Source: Flavobacteriaceae bacterium (GTDB lineage: Bacteria > Bacteroidota > Bacteroidia > Flavobacteriales > Flavobacteriaceae). From it: a DNA stretch of 64,000 nt. The stretch lies in assembly GCA_965218065.1 (NCBI GenBank), contig OZ244589.1, forward strand, positions 2,495,127 through 2,559,126, written 5' to 3'. The translations under genes were made by a program, and so were the position numbers. Numbering within the stretch: the first letter of the stretch is position 1; the number at the start of each line of letters is the position of its first letter. Below are positions 20,216 to 31,100 of the stretch, in pieces. The notes beneath the pieces were generated by a model. That model worked only from the letters and a program-made list of their open reading frames with translations. It did no database searches and was not told where the DNA came from.

Positions 20216-21115
20216 TTAGTTTTTATTCTTCGTTTCTATCTTTAGCACTTCAATTTCGGATTTCTCTCCTCCTCGCCATTTTCCATTGATTCTTGTCACA
20301 AACAGATTTCCTTTGGGATCTACTGCGATGCCATTAGGTCGGTTAATAACCTTCTCGTTGTTAATTGTATTTTTCACAGGGCTTCCATCACCTGCCATAA
20401 GTTCAGTAGCCCCGGTTAATGAAACTTTGTAGATCTGATTTGTGTTTATTTTTGCCACAAACAGATGGTTCTTATGAAATACGATATGCGCATTTCCAGA
20501 CCCTGTACCTACTGTGGCAAGCACGCTCGGTTTTCCTTCTATTGGTATTTTTATAATGTTATCATTCAGGAAGTTAACCACATACATATTCCCGTCTTTA
20601 TCAATAGCTACACCATTTGGACAGGCAAATAGATTACCATAAGCCAGGTACTCTTTTTCTTTCTTGGCTGTTATTTTTAAAATAGAGTTGTTCCTACAGT
20701 TGCATACTATAAGCTCATTTTTTTTATTGAACAGTATCCCTACAGGTCCTGTCAGATCTTTTGCAAATAGTTCTTTCTTTCCATCTCGATCGATCTTCAC
20801 AATGGTATTTCCGTAAAAATTTGACTGAATTAAATTACCCTCAGCATCTATCGTATTGCCAGAAGCACCATATAAACCATTTGAAAAAAGTTCGACTTCT
20901 CCAATTGGCGATACTCTATACACGCTATTCATAAAATTTGCAACATACAGATACCCTAGTTTATCTATGGTTATACCTCCGGTTCTGCCAATAGATTCAA
21001 TGGGTTTATTTAATGGCAATTTGGATATCTTAATAGTCGGTTTTTCCTGACCATGTATCACGGTCATTTGCAATACGACAAGTAGTAGTGTGCTTAATAG
21101 ATTCTTTAAATTCAT
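20216..21115 (-). CDS. Secreted NHL / SMP-30-like beta-propeller protein
   Basis: 299 aa with a signal peptide. Repeated blades of the form G..YV.NF and PNG(I/V)A(I/V)D..GN(L/M)(F/Y)V. Confidence 0.65.
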   Translation of the reverse strand: MNLKNLLSTLLLVVLQMTVIHGQEKPTIKISKLPLNKPIESIGRTGGITIDKLGYLYVANFMNSVYRVSPIGEVELFSNGLYGASGNTIDAEGNLIQSNFYGNTIVKIDRDGKKELFAKDLTGPVGILFNKKNELIVCNCRNNSILKITAKKEKEYLAYGNLFACPNGVAIDKDGNMYVVNFLNDNIIKIPIEGKPSVLATVGTGSGNAHIVFHKNHLFVAKINTNQIYKVSLTGATELMAGDGSPVKNTINNEKVINRPNGIAVDPKGNLFVTRINGKWRGGEKSEIEVLKIETKNKN

Positions 21116-21457
21116 TCCTTTTTAACTTCTGGTTTAATTGTTATGTGTGAAGTAAAAGTATAAAGGGCTATATCAGGAAATCTTATAAAAATGTTATAAT
21201 TCTGAACAACAAGTCTAATCTTGTAAGAATTGACTTTAACACCTAAAACCAAGGGTGAAAACTGGTCGAATCAATTCGTAAATAAAGAAAAGGGTGAAAA
21301 CCAAAAAGGTCGTATCGCATCATTGAATAGCGAAGAACATACACGGTAGTAACGTTCATATAAACAAGAAAACTACATGCTCTTAGTAGTTTAGTATGGA
21401 AGTTGATATCACTTTATTACCCAGATTGAAAATCAGAGGTCTTGCTAAGACTTCAAC

Positions 21458-22585
21458 TTAGCTGGTGTGCTTTCGATTATCTGAATTCTTAAATTCGGTT
21501 GGTGTCATTCCTACATGTTTTTTAAATGCATTGTAGAATGACGCTTTATTTCGAAACCCGGAGTCCATAGCAATGGCTACAATACTATAGTGTCTGTATT
21601 TTTCGTCAAATAATCGTTCTTTAACCTCCTCGATTCGATATTTATTCACCAAATCATTAACTCCAAAACCAAACTTTGTGTTGACTACTTGAGAAACATA
21701 ATTTGTAGGTATGTCGATCTGAGAGGAGATGGCATTCAGACTTACATTAGGGTCTCTGTAGTTGTTCTTTGAAAGTATAAAATCAAGAACTTTCTGCTCA
21801 ATATCATTTATTCTTCTAGGACTTAATTTATTCTTTGCATATTTAACTATATCCTTATTCATTATTTTTTGAGGATACAGCATCAAGTAATACGATAAAG
21901 AGTAAATTAAGACACTACTTATGAGTAAAATAAATGATCCAAATTTTGCTAAAAAATGAATATCGAAATATTTAACATTTACCATATGGATTACTGGAAC
22001 AAAAGCAAACATGGTAAGGCTTGTTATCATAATCTTTATCATTAACCTCTTCGATTGCTGAATTCTTTTCAACAAATTAAATGTCAAGATCAAATAAATG
22101 AATAGCTGACATGCTCCCAGCAAAGCGAAAATATAATACTCATCGGTATAATTGGGTTTCGAAGTGTACACCACTCTATTTAAAATCGCTATTTTTTCAC
22201 TTTCTGTTTTTAATATCAGCGGTAGGTAGAAACCAAATCGAATTAAAAACGGCACGAAATGCAATAATTGGCTTTTCTTCAATATTGCCTCATCATTTAC
22301 AAAGCTTTTTGCGAATAAATATAAAAGAGGTCCAAAAAGCCAAGGGAGTGGTTTTGATAAAAACATTAAATGCGGAAATTCCATCATATACGGACTCCAA
22401 TAGGCTCCGAATTCTGCTACCCATAATGAAAAACAAATGGTGAGTAAGGCAAAATAAAATCGCTTTAACTTATTAAGTTTTTTATTAAACAGAAGAACTA
22501 GCCCTACAAAAAAACCCTGAGCGGCAGCGATAATAGCAATAAAGAACCATATTTGTGTAGGTATCATAGTAAAAATGTTACTCAA
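21458..22585 (-). CDS. Membrane-anchored AraC-family transcriptional regulator
   Basis: 375 aa with multiple N-terminal TM helices. C-terminal AraC HTH (IAMDSGFRNKASFYNAFKKHVGMTPTEFK). Confidence 0.8.
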   Translation of the reverse strand: MSNIFTMIPTQIWFFIAIIAAAQGFFVGLVLLFNKKLNKLKRFYFALLTICFSLWVAEFGAYWSPYMMEFPHLMFLSKPLPWLFGPLLYLFAKSFVNDEAILKKSQLLHFVPFLIRFGFYLPLILKTESEKIAILNRVVYTSKPNYTDEYYIFALLGACQLFIYLILTFNLLKRIQQSKRLMIKIMITSLTMFAFVPVIHMVNVKYFDIHFLAKFGSFILLISSVLIYSLSYYLMLYPQKIMNKDIVKYAKNKLSPRRINDIEQKVLDFILSKNNYRDPNVSLNAISSQIDIPTNYVSQVVNTKFGFGVNDLVNKYRIEEVKERLFDEKYRHYSIVAIAMDSGFRNKASFYNAFKKHVGMTPTEFKNSDNRKHTS

Positions 22586-22830
22586 AAATAGGAAATTATC
22601 CGGTTGAAAAAGTTAATCTTTTACTAACTAACCGGTTTAGAAAAGAGTTCATCTGTTCTAGGGACTATATAAAGTAAATGGCATAAAAAAAAGCAACCAT
22701 TTCTGATTGCTCTTGTTGTAATGGGAATCTTTAAATTATCGAACCTAAATGAAGTGATTAATGATTTTATGAAGGTTATTGAATCTTGTGAAATTTGTAA
22801 CTATTATTTCTGAATCCTGTAATGTAAAAG

Positions 22831-23376
22831 TTAATTCAGTAATTGAGATATAGGTAACACACTAAATATAGTTAACATAAACCAACCAATAAAGCCTTGA
22901 ATGATTGCTAAATACCGCGGCAAACCTTTTATTGGAATTTCTCCAAAGCCTAAGGTTGTAAAAGTGTTAATGGATAGCATTAATTCGTTTAGTATTTTGA
23001 TCAAAATATCGTAACAAATAGCAACTGTAAAAGCGCTAATTAGTAAAAATGATTTCCATCTACTTTTTTTGGATGGTAAATCATTCCAGACACCTTTCAT
23101 AATATCTATACGTTTTACGATACTAGGAGAAAACTTAGTTCCTGAAATTGCCCATTTGTATAGTGGTAATGCCGTTGTTGTAAAAAACTTTGGAGCCGTT
23201 TTTCCTTGCTGGGTTACCAAGGTTTTAAATTCATCATACTCTAATAAGTCTTCTTTTTGATTATCTAAATACACTTCATGAATTCCAGATTTTTTATTCA
23301 TATACGTAAAGAAAAAAGCATATCGATTCATAATTCGTTTTCCACCATGAGCATCCCAAGAATTAGAAAATAACAA
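22831..23376 (-). CDS. 2-TM ion-channel-like protein (variant filter TTLGFGE)
   Basis: C-terminal TM1, pore helix, TTLGFGEIP and TM2. The track start is a TTG; the ATG of MNRYAFFF may be the true start. Confidence 0.5.
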   Translation of the reverse strand: MLFSNSWDAHGGKRIMNRYAFFFTYMNKKSGIHEVYLDNQKEDLLEYDEFKTLVTQQGKTAPKFFTTTALPLYKWAISGTKFSPSIVKRIDIMKGVWNDLPSKKSRWKSFLLISAFTVAICYDILIKILNELMLSINTFTTLGFGEIPIKGLPRYLAIIQGFIGWFMLTIFSVLPISQLLN

Positions 23377-23636
23377 ATAGATAAAAACAAATAATAGAAT
23401 AACATACCGCTCACTTAGGACGATATATTCTATTAAATATACTGATTTTCAATAATCAGAGCTGTTTTAAAATCATAAGAGTCATTTTAGGGCACTATCC
23501 ATAAATACCACCCTTTTTAGAACTACATCTTTATATAGTTTATAGATTTAAAACTATTCATTTTATCAGTTGCCAATATGAGACATTATCTAATAACTCA
23601 ACATTGTACAATCACATTTCTAGTCACAAGTATTAT

Positions 23637-24302
23637 TTAAATCTCCCTAAGAAATTTAATTAAAACATCTACTTCGCTATAACTTTCAATGACTCCTATA
23701 CCCAAGTCTTTGAACTTTTTTTCTCTTTTGAAGTCTACACCTATAAAATTAATTCCGAGTCGCTTTGCTGCTATAAAATCCCATATATCTTTACCAAAAT
23801 ATATGATAGATTGAAAATTATCATCATTCTTATTGACCGCTTCTTCAATTAATAGTTGTATTATTTTAGTTCTATGGAAATGGTCATTTGAAGATTTAAA
23901 CACATAGTTTTCTAAATCCAAACCTATCTTACTAGATTTTAATTCTGCAATTTCTTTCCAACGACTAGTTGCAAAAGCAATTTTAAAACCAGGTTCTCTC
24001 TTAAGTATTTTTATAAAAAAAAGAGCCTTATAAACTTCCCTAAATTCACAACTTCCATTTTCTAGTAGTTCCTTAAAATGTGTTTTTATCTTTTCAACCT
24101 CTTTTTGCTTAGGCAATCTACTCATAAAATTTCTAAAAATCTCAATCGTTAAACCAGTGTCCGTTATATTGTCAAAAGCACTCCAAGACACACTATCTAA
24201 ATTAACACTATACAAATCTTGAAATGTTTGAATAAAATATTTATTATCTGGCTTTATTACATCAGTAATTACACCATCAATATCAAATATTATTAGTTTC
24301 AT
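23637..24302 (-). CDS. HAD-superfamily hydrolase
   Basis: 221 aa with motif I IIFDIDGVITD. Confidence 0.75.
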   Translation of the reverse strand: MKLIIFDIDGVITDVIKPDNKYFIQTFQDLYSVNLDSVSWSAFDNITDTGLTIEIFRNFMSRLPKQKEVEKIKTHFKELLENGSCEFREVYKALFFIKILKREPGFKIAFATSRWKEIAELKSSKIGLDLENYVFKSSNDHFHRTKIIQLLIEEAVNKNDDNFQSIIYFGKDIWDFIAAKRLGINFIGVDFKREKKFKDLGIGVIESYSEVDVLIKFLREI

Positions 24303-24535
24303 GGGAGGTAAGGGTATTATATATTACTATTCGTTTTTATTTATCAACTAAGGGAAATATGAATATCTAAAAGATAATATAAAGCCAAACTCTAAGGGAA
24401 TAAAGCAAAGAATAACCTATAAATTAGATTTAATTATACTTACATCATAAAACCGCAGTTCTTTTTTCTACTTGACTTGGCAGGTATATGATATCTATTA
24501 ATCTTAAAAAGGTATTAACTCATTATATCGAAAAA

Positions 24536-24838
24536 TCAGATAACTAAATTTCTTTGGATTTCAAGCCAAATCTCATTATTTATTCTTCTTAATTTTTCTT
24601 TGCTAAACCTCTTAGCATCTTTTAAAAATTTAATATATAACCTTAAAGAAAAAAGAATAATTAATATTATTGAAAGACTAATGAATTTATTTTCTTGTAA
24701 AACTAAAACAAGAATGATCCCAATATAGAACACAGTATATGAGGCTCTTAAAATGTTTAGTAAAAAAATATATTTCTTTACGTTTTTTCGATAAAACTGT
24801 TTTCTTTTCTCCAAATAAAGTATTCTTTCTGATGTCAT
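24536..24838 (-). CDS. Small 2-TM hypothetical protein
   Basis: 100 aa with two hydrophobic helices in an AT-rich region. No other support. Confidence 0.3.
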   Translation of the reverse strand: MTSERILYLEKRKQFYRKNVKKYIFLLNILRASYTVFYIGIILVLVLQENKFISLSIILIILFSLRLYIKFLKDAKRFSKEKLRRINNEIWLEIQRNLVI

Positions 24839-24872
24839 TTTTAACTATTTATAAAATAAAAATTACAATGTG

Positions 24873-24905
24873 AAAAAGAGAGAATCTAGGCTAATAGACT
24901 CTCTC
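24873..24905 (-). terminator. Rho-independent terminator downstream of the T9SS surface-protein operon
   Basis: The minus strand reads GAGAGAGTCTA-TTAGCC-TAGATTCTCTC, an 11-bp stem with one G-U pair, followed by TTTTT. Confidence 0.6.
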
Positions 24906-25103
24906 AACTTCAAACTATTCTCTTAACTAAGTACTAAAATATCCCCTGATATTTTGCTATATTCGTTTAGCACTAAGCAGAAAATAATTGGACGTTCCAC
25001 CAATACGCTTTTACTCCATTTTAATTCTGAAACTTATACTGTCAAGTTTTTACTTTTTATTTAAACATCCCAATAAAGCAATAAGGGTTAAATTCATAAA
25101 AAG

Positions 25104-28100
25104 TTAAGGCTTGTATACTTTTTTGCTTAACCTAACATGCTTGTAATTAAGTGTTAAAATATAAATCCCTCCTTTTAAAAGGCTTGGTATTTCTATGTTA
25201 TCATTACCCGATAAATTCATTTTTGATTTGAACATCTGCTTTCCTAAAAGATTATATACTTTTATAAATACATTATCTTCATAAATACCCGCAATATTTA
25301 AGGTATTCTCTGATTTAAAATATGCCTCAAAAGATGAGAGGGGTTCTTCTTCAGTTGTTGATAGAGTACCATATGTAGTATGCAAATAAAACCTTCCCGC
25401 TCCATTATACTCCTCATTAAATGTAACTTCATACTCAGAGCCTTCATCTTCTAAGAGTATAAACGTGTTTAACTCTCTATCTTCTATATAGACATTAACA
25501 TCTTCTGGAAAATTCTGTTTACCTACACTAAATGTTACTGTGGAGCTTGATGGAATATTAACTCCGATTGGAATAATTAGAGCCTCATAGTCCTTGGATA
25601 CAGATTGAATAGCATAGGAGTTGTCAGAACTATTACTTACGAGTTTAGTATATATGTACAATTGGTCTAAACTAGCTCCAAAAAGCGAGCTATCTCTACC
25701 ATTGTCAAAATCAGAAGTCGCATCATCCGAGTAAAATACTGTTGTAGATTTTACCGAGGTAGTATCAGATACTTTTATCTTGATATTTGGGTTTAGTTGG
25801 CTTTCAGCATTTCTATTAAATACATCTGTTTGATGACTTTGCATAAGCTTGGTATATGAAAAAACACCGTTATTGAGGTTTTCTTTCGCTCGAACGAAGA
25901 ACCCTTGAGACGGGGCCAAATGTCTAGAGCTTGTTTCATGATTTATGACCAAATATTCTGATGTGGCTTGATCCCATACCCAAATTGTCATCTCATCGAG
26001 CTGATCTTCATTTATTCTTAAAATATTATTGATATTATCCGCATTTTCATTTGCGGGAATATAGGATGTATAAGGGTTTCCGATAAAATTATAATCATTT
26101 ACACTACCATTAGATATATTAATATCGGTATCGTTAAAGACTCCAGACCCTTCAAAACGAATTGTACCAGGGTCATTCAGCTTAACGCCATACCCTATAG
26201 CATTATCCATTGGTCCAGTAGAAGATGGATCGTAAAAATGCCACCCTTCACCATCATAACCTGGACTGCTATTATCAAAATAAATGATTCCCACAAATCC
26301 ATTTCCAGTAGCAATGTCATTATTTCTAATGAGAAAATCCTCAACTGTATCTCCAGATATTACAGGAGTGATTAAATGCCAATTACTAGATGGTAACGTT
26401 CGAGAATATGATATTTTACTATCTACACCGTTTATAGCCGTGCCGTTAACGATTAGCGAACCGCCAGATTGCATAGAGATTGTACCATTATTATTCAACT
26501 CCGTTTCAATGGTAATTGAGCCTCCAGGATTAATAACGAGCCCATTAACGGTAGCTCCCGGTTCAATGAATAATTTATTTATGCTCACATCAGTATCTAA
26601 AACAGCAAGGCTTGATGCGTTAATATGTACTTCATCATATGGCTCAGGAGTTCTAACATGATCCCAGTTATTACTATCTGACCATGACCCAAAATTAGTT
26701 GGATTACTAAATGTTATGATACCATCATAAGTGGTGAAGGTTTGAGAAAGTCCATATACCGTCCCTCCTTGGTTTATAGCATAAGCCTTCACAACATATT
26801 CGGTATCTAACTCCAGTTCAATGCCTTGTGTAAAAGCACCTAAACCTACTCCTAATACTTGCTCACTGACATTGCTACCTCCAATCTCTGGATTTGTATT
26901 CAGAGATGTAGGCGCATATACTATGCCTCTTTGTATAATGGTGTCTCCACCATCCTCAGTTATATTTCCTCCCAAACTTGTCATATTGGTGGTTGTTTCT
27001 GTAATTTCTGTCGATAGTTCTATTATTTTTCTGGTTGTAATACTATCTAGAGCTCCATAGGAAATAGTATATGCATTGACAGCATAAGATCTATAATAAT
27101 ACTTTGTTTCAGGAGATAGGTTAGATATTGTTGTGGTAAAATCTCCTAATGAAACTGTATTTACTGCTTTATCTACGCCAAGGCTATCAATCAGAGGATT
27201 GCTATTTGTATCAGAAAATACAATTCCACTTTCAATAATGCTAAGTTCTCCATTACTTGAAATAGTCGCTTCTATGGTTCCTGAACTAAATGTTCTCTCT
27301 GTAATCTGCTTTGTATTTACAACAGGAAAAGAGGGGACTGTATAATAGTAAACAGAACCTAAATCTGTACCATTTAAAAATTCACGGGGGTCTGCTAGAC
27401 CAAGTAATGTACCTTCTTTACTGATTCTTGCTGTTGGAGATGTAAGTATCCCTGATGTACTTAAAGATGTATCTAAGGTCAAGGCACCTTCTCCTACAAA
27501 TCTTGCCCAAGTTTCACCCATTGGATCGTAATCGTATATATATGTATCATTACTTTCATAATGACCGTCATTGCTATTATCTTCATCACCAAAACTCATA
27601 GTCACTAACCTTCTACCAGATCCATCGATTGAAACAGAAGCTCCAAAATTTTCATCGCTTTCTGGCCCCATTAAGGGTGTACCCATAAGTTGCCAGTTAG
27701 ATGTTTCTGAATTAAAACTATAGTTATATATGGCACCTCTTCCGTTGTTTTCTGGGGCGCCAACACTAAGAATAGATCCTGCCGAATTTAAATCTAATGA
27801 ATGACCAAAAAGATCTCCTGAAGTCTCTCCCATAAATTGCACTTCTTCTATCCATGCAGATCCATTATATCTATAAACACGAACCTCTCCTGCAGCAGCA
27901 GTATTAAATGGAGCTCCAATAGCAATTACATCTCCTACGTCATTTAACCTCACAAGACTATTTAGGGAGATATTGAGATTTCCAGAGCTTTCTCCAAAAC
28001 TAATGTCATTCCCGAGTTGTTCCCAAGAACCACTGACGTTATTATACTGATATACCTGAACCAATTGAGAATTGCGATTTCCAATAGCAACAATGTCACC

Positions 28101-31100
28101 ACTAGCGTTTAAATCTAAGCCCAATCCCATAGTATCATCGCTGTCGGCAATGGCATCAATACTCTGTCCGATTCTACTCCAGCTAGTTCCATTATATTCA
28201 TAGACTCTTATATTACCAGTTTCTGTTCTAAAAACAAATGGACCTACATTAGGAAGTCCAATCGCAATGCGGGTTCCATCGGCATTTAAGCTTATAGTTC
28301 CTCCTGATTCAATCACCGAATTTTCTCCGGGTAATGTTGGTCCTACTGGATTCCAATCTCCGGCAGTATTTGTGAAAACATAAACATTTGGGGTAGAAGT
28401 TGGAGGCACTCCTTGGTTCCCGTCGCCTGTGGTAATGGCAACAATTGATCCATCTGTATTAATATCGTGCGAAGCGCCGAAGTATTCATTATTATGAGCA
28501 CCAATAGGGTTGCTCCCGTTTGGTAAAATGGATGTGATGAAAGATTGAGTATCTCCGTATGTAATACCATTTGCGTTCTTGGCATAAGCTCTATAGTAGT
28601 AATAATTACTGAACAACAAAGGAAATACAGCAGTATTGTATGATCCTACTTCAGAACTGCCACCTGATAATGCAACTACCTCTACTATCACATCAAAACC
28701 ATTAATAGTAGGATTCTGATTGGTTTGAGAGTATACAAATCCCTTTTCAGTGACAGCTCCATCAGATACATCAGTAATGGTTCCGTTTAAAACGGCAGAA
28801 GTGAGTGTTAGATTAGATTCAGATGCCGTTAGTATACCAAGTGAACCATTAAGTGTTGTAAATTGCTTTACCTCTCCATAATAGGTTATACTGTTTGAGA
28901 TTGCATAAGCTCTTGCATAATAAGTAGTAAAGGTTTCTAAAGAAGTGATCGTTTCCAAAAAAGTGTTCAATCCGGAGTTATTGATTTCCTTTGCAACCCC
29001 TGTTTCGCCTATTTCTGGAGTGCTATCTATTGAAGAATACACCATTCCACGTTCTTCAATTGTAGCGCCTCCAGTATCGGAAATGACCCCACCTAATAAA
29101 GCAGAATTTATGGTAACGGAATTTATGTTTGAAGTACTTATAACAACTGGGCCATATGTAGTAAATTGTTTTACCTCTCCATAGTAAGTACCCGTATTGT
29201 TGATTCCATATGCTTTGTAATAGTAGGTCGTACTATTTGACAGTCCTGTCAATTCTAGACTATAACTTCCCAAACCAACCAAGGCATCACTCTGATTAAT
29301 TACATCTGCACTGCCAAGCTCAGGATCCATGTTTGTTGATGAATACACAACACCTCTTGTTGTTATGGAATTTCCTCCATTATCAGAAATGTTTCCTCCG
29401 ATAGTAACTGAATTAATTGTTAGATCTGAAGAATCATTTGTAGAAATGTTTATTAAATTAGTCGTAAAAGAATCTACGCTAGAATAATATGTTTCTGAAG
29501 TATTTAAGGTTATGTACGCCTTCACATAAAATGTGGTTCCAAAAGTAAGCGCCGCTATTGTATTACTAATGGTTATGCTACCAGCCTGCTCATTTCCATT
29601 AATAATAGTAATAACACCGGGGGCTGCTATTTCTGGATTACTGTCTGTACTGCTGTAGACAAAACCTGTTGCTTCTATTTCAACATCGTTAGATGAGATT
29701 ATAGAAGCATGTAATGTTGCTGAGTTACTTGTGATTTGAGTAGTTGGATTTAAGGTTAGTTCAGGTGCATCTCCTGTTGTAAAAGAAACTGTACTTCCGT
29801 AGGTTGTACCACTTCCATTTACAATATATGCTTTGGTATAATAAGTAGTTCCTGATAATAAAGACGTGATTGTTTGACTATAGTTACTGTTTGATGAATC
29901 AATTACAACTTTAGTAACGCCACTTCCGTTTATCTCAGGATTAGTATTTGTTTGAGAATAAACGATACCTCTTTCTATAGGCGTATCTCCATTATCATCT
30001 AGAATTGTGCCTCCAATATTGGCAGTACCAGAGGTGGTATTGTTTACATTGGTTGTTAGTGAGTTAGAATTGCCTGTTAAGTACGTGTAAACTTTACTGT
30101 AAGAGGTTCCTACATTATTTATGCCATAAGCTCTTATTGAATATTCAGTGTTAGCTGTTAAGTTATAAATAATATTGGTATCAAAGTCGTCTTCTCCTGA
30201 CCCTAAAGGAATCTGAATAACATCTGGCAACCCTATCTCTGGGTTTTCTTCTTCAGCAGAATAGACAATCCCTTTTTCTGTAATATCATCCCAACCGTTA
30301 AATGCAATTTGTCCATTAAAGGTTGCTGCCTGAGATAAGGGTTGTGTATTTACCAGGGGTAATTGACTAGAAGCATAGACTGCAACATACCCTCTACCAC
30401 GTCTTCCCAATATACCTCCGCCCGCAGTATTGGGAGAGGGGGCACCAATGATAAATCTAGATCCGTCCCTACTTATAGAGGTGGCAGTACCAAAAACATT
30501 TTCTGGAGCGTCTCCCTGAATGTTAAGTGAAATACTACTCCAATCAGAATATTCATAGAAAAAATATTCTACCATTCCTGTTTTACTAGAAAAATCAGGA
30601 GCCCCTGCCACCAGTTCATTTCCGTTTCCAGAAATACTGACCGAATATCCAAAGAGGTCATTGTTATTCTTACCCTCAAGGGCTACTCCTTTTTGTTGCC
30701 ACGTAGAATTGTATTCATAAATCTTTACAGCTCCTCTATCTGTGCCTGATATATCATCATATGGTGCTCCTATTGCTATGACGTTTCCCGAACTATCCAT
30801 AGAAACACTATGCCCAAATTGATCTCCTGCACTGTCCCCGTTTATTGTACTACCATACTGTGTCCACTGACTTCCTGTATATTGATAGGTTTGAATGTAT
30901 CCTGAATCTGTTCCGTTGTTACTGCCAGAAGGGGCGCCTACAATAAGCTTTTCTCCCAATGAATCCATTTTAATAGCACTTCCAAATAGGTCTGAGGCTC
31001 CTCCGTTAAGAGTAGCTCCCAACTGAACCCAACTAGTTCCGTTGTATTCATAAACTATCACTGCTCCGCTACCAGAAGCTCCTTTTGCACCTACAGCAAT

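Noticed and set aside
22586-24535. A possible second mobile or accessory patch (AT-rich, carrying the channel, HAD and small TM genes).
   Set aside because: I could find no integrase, transposase, flanking direct or inverted repeats, or tRNA. The composition impression alone is not enough.
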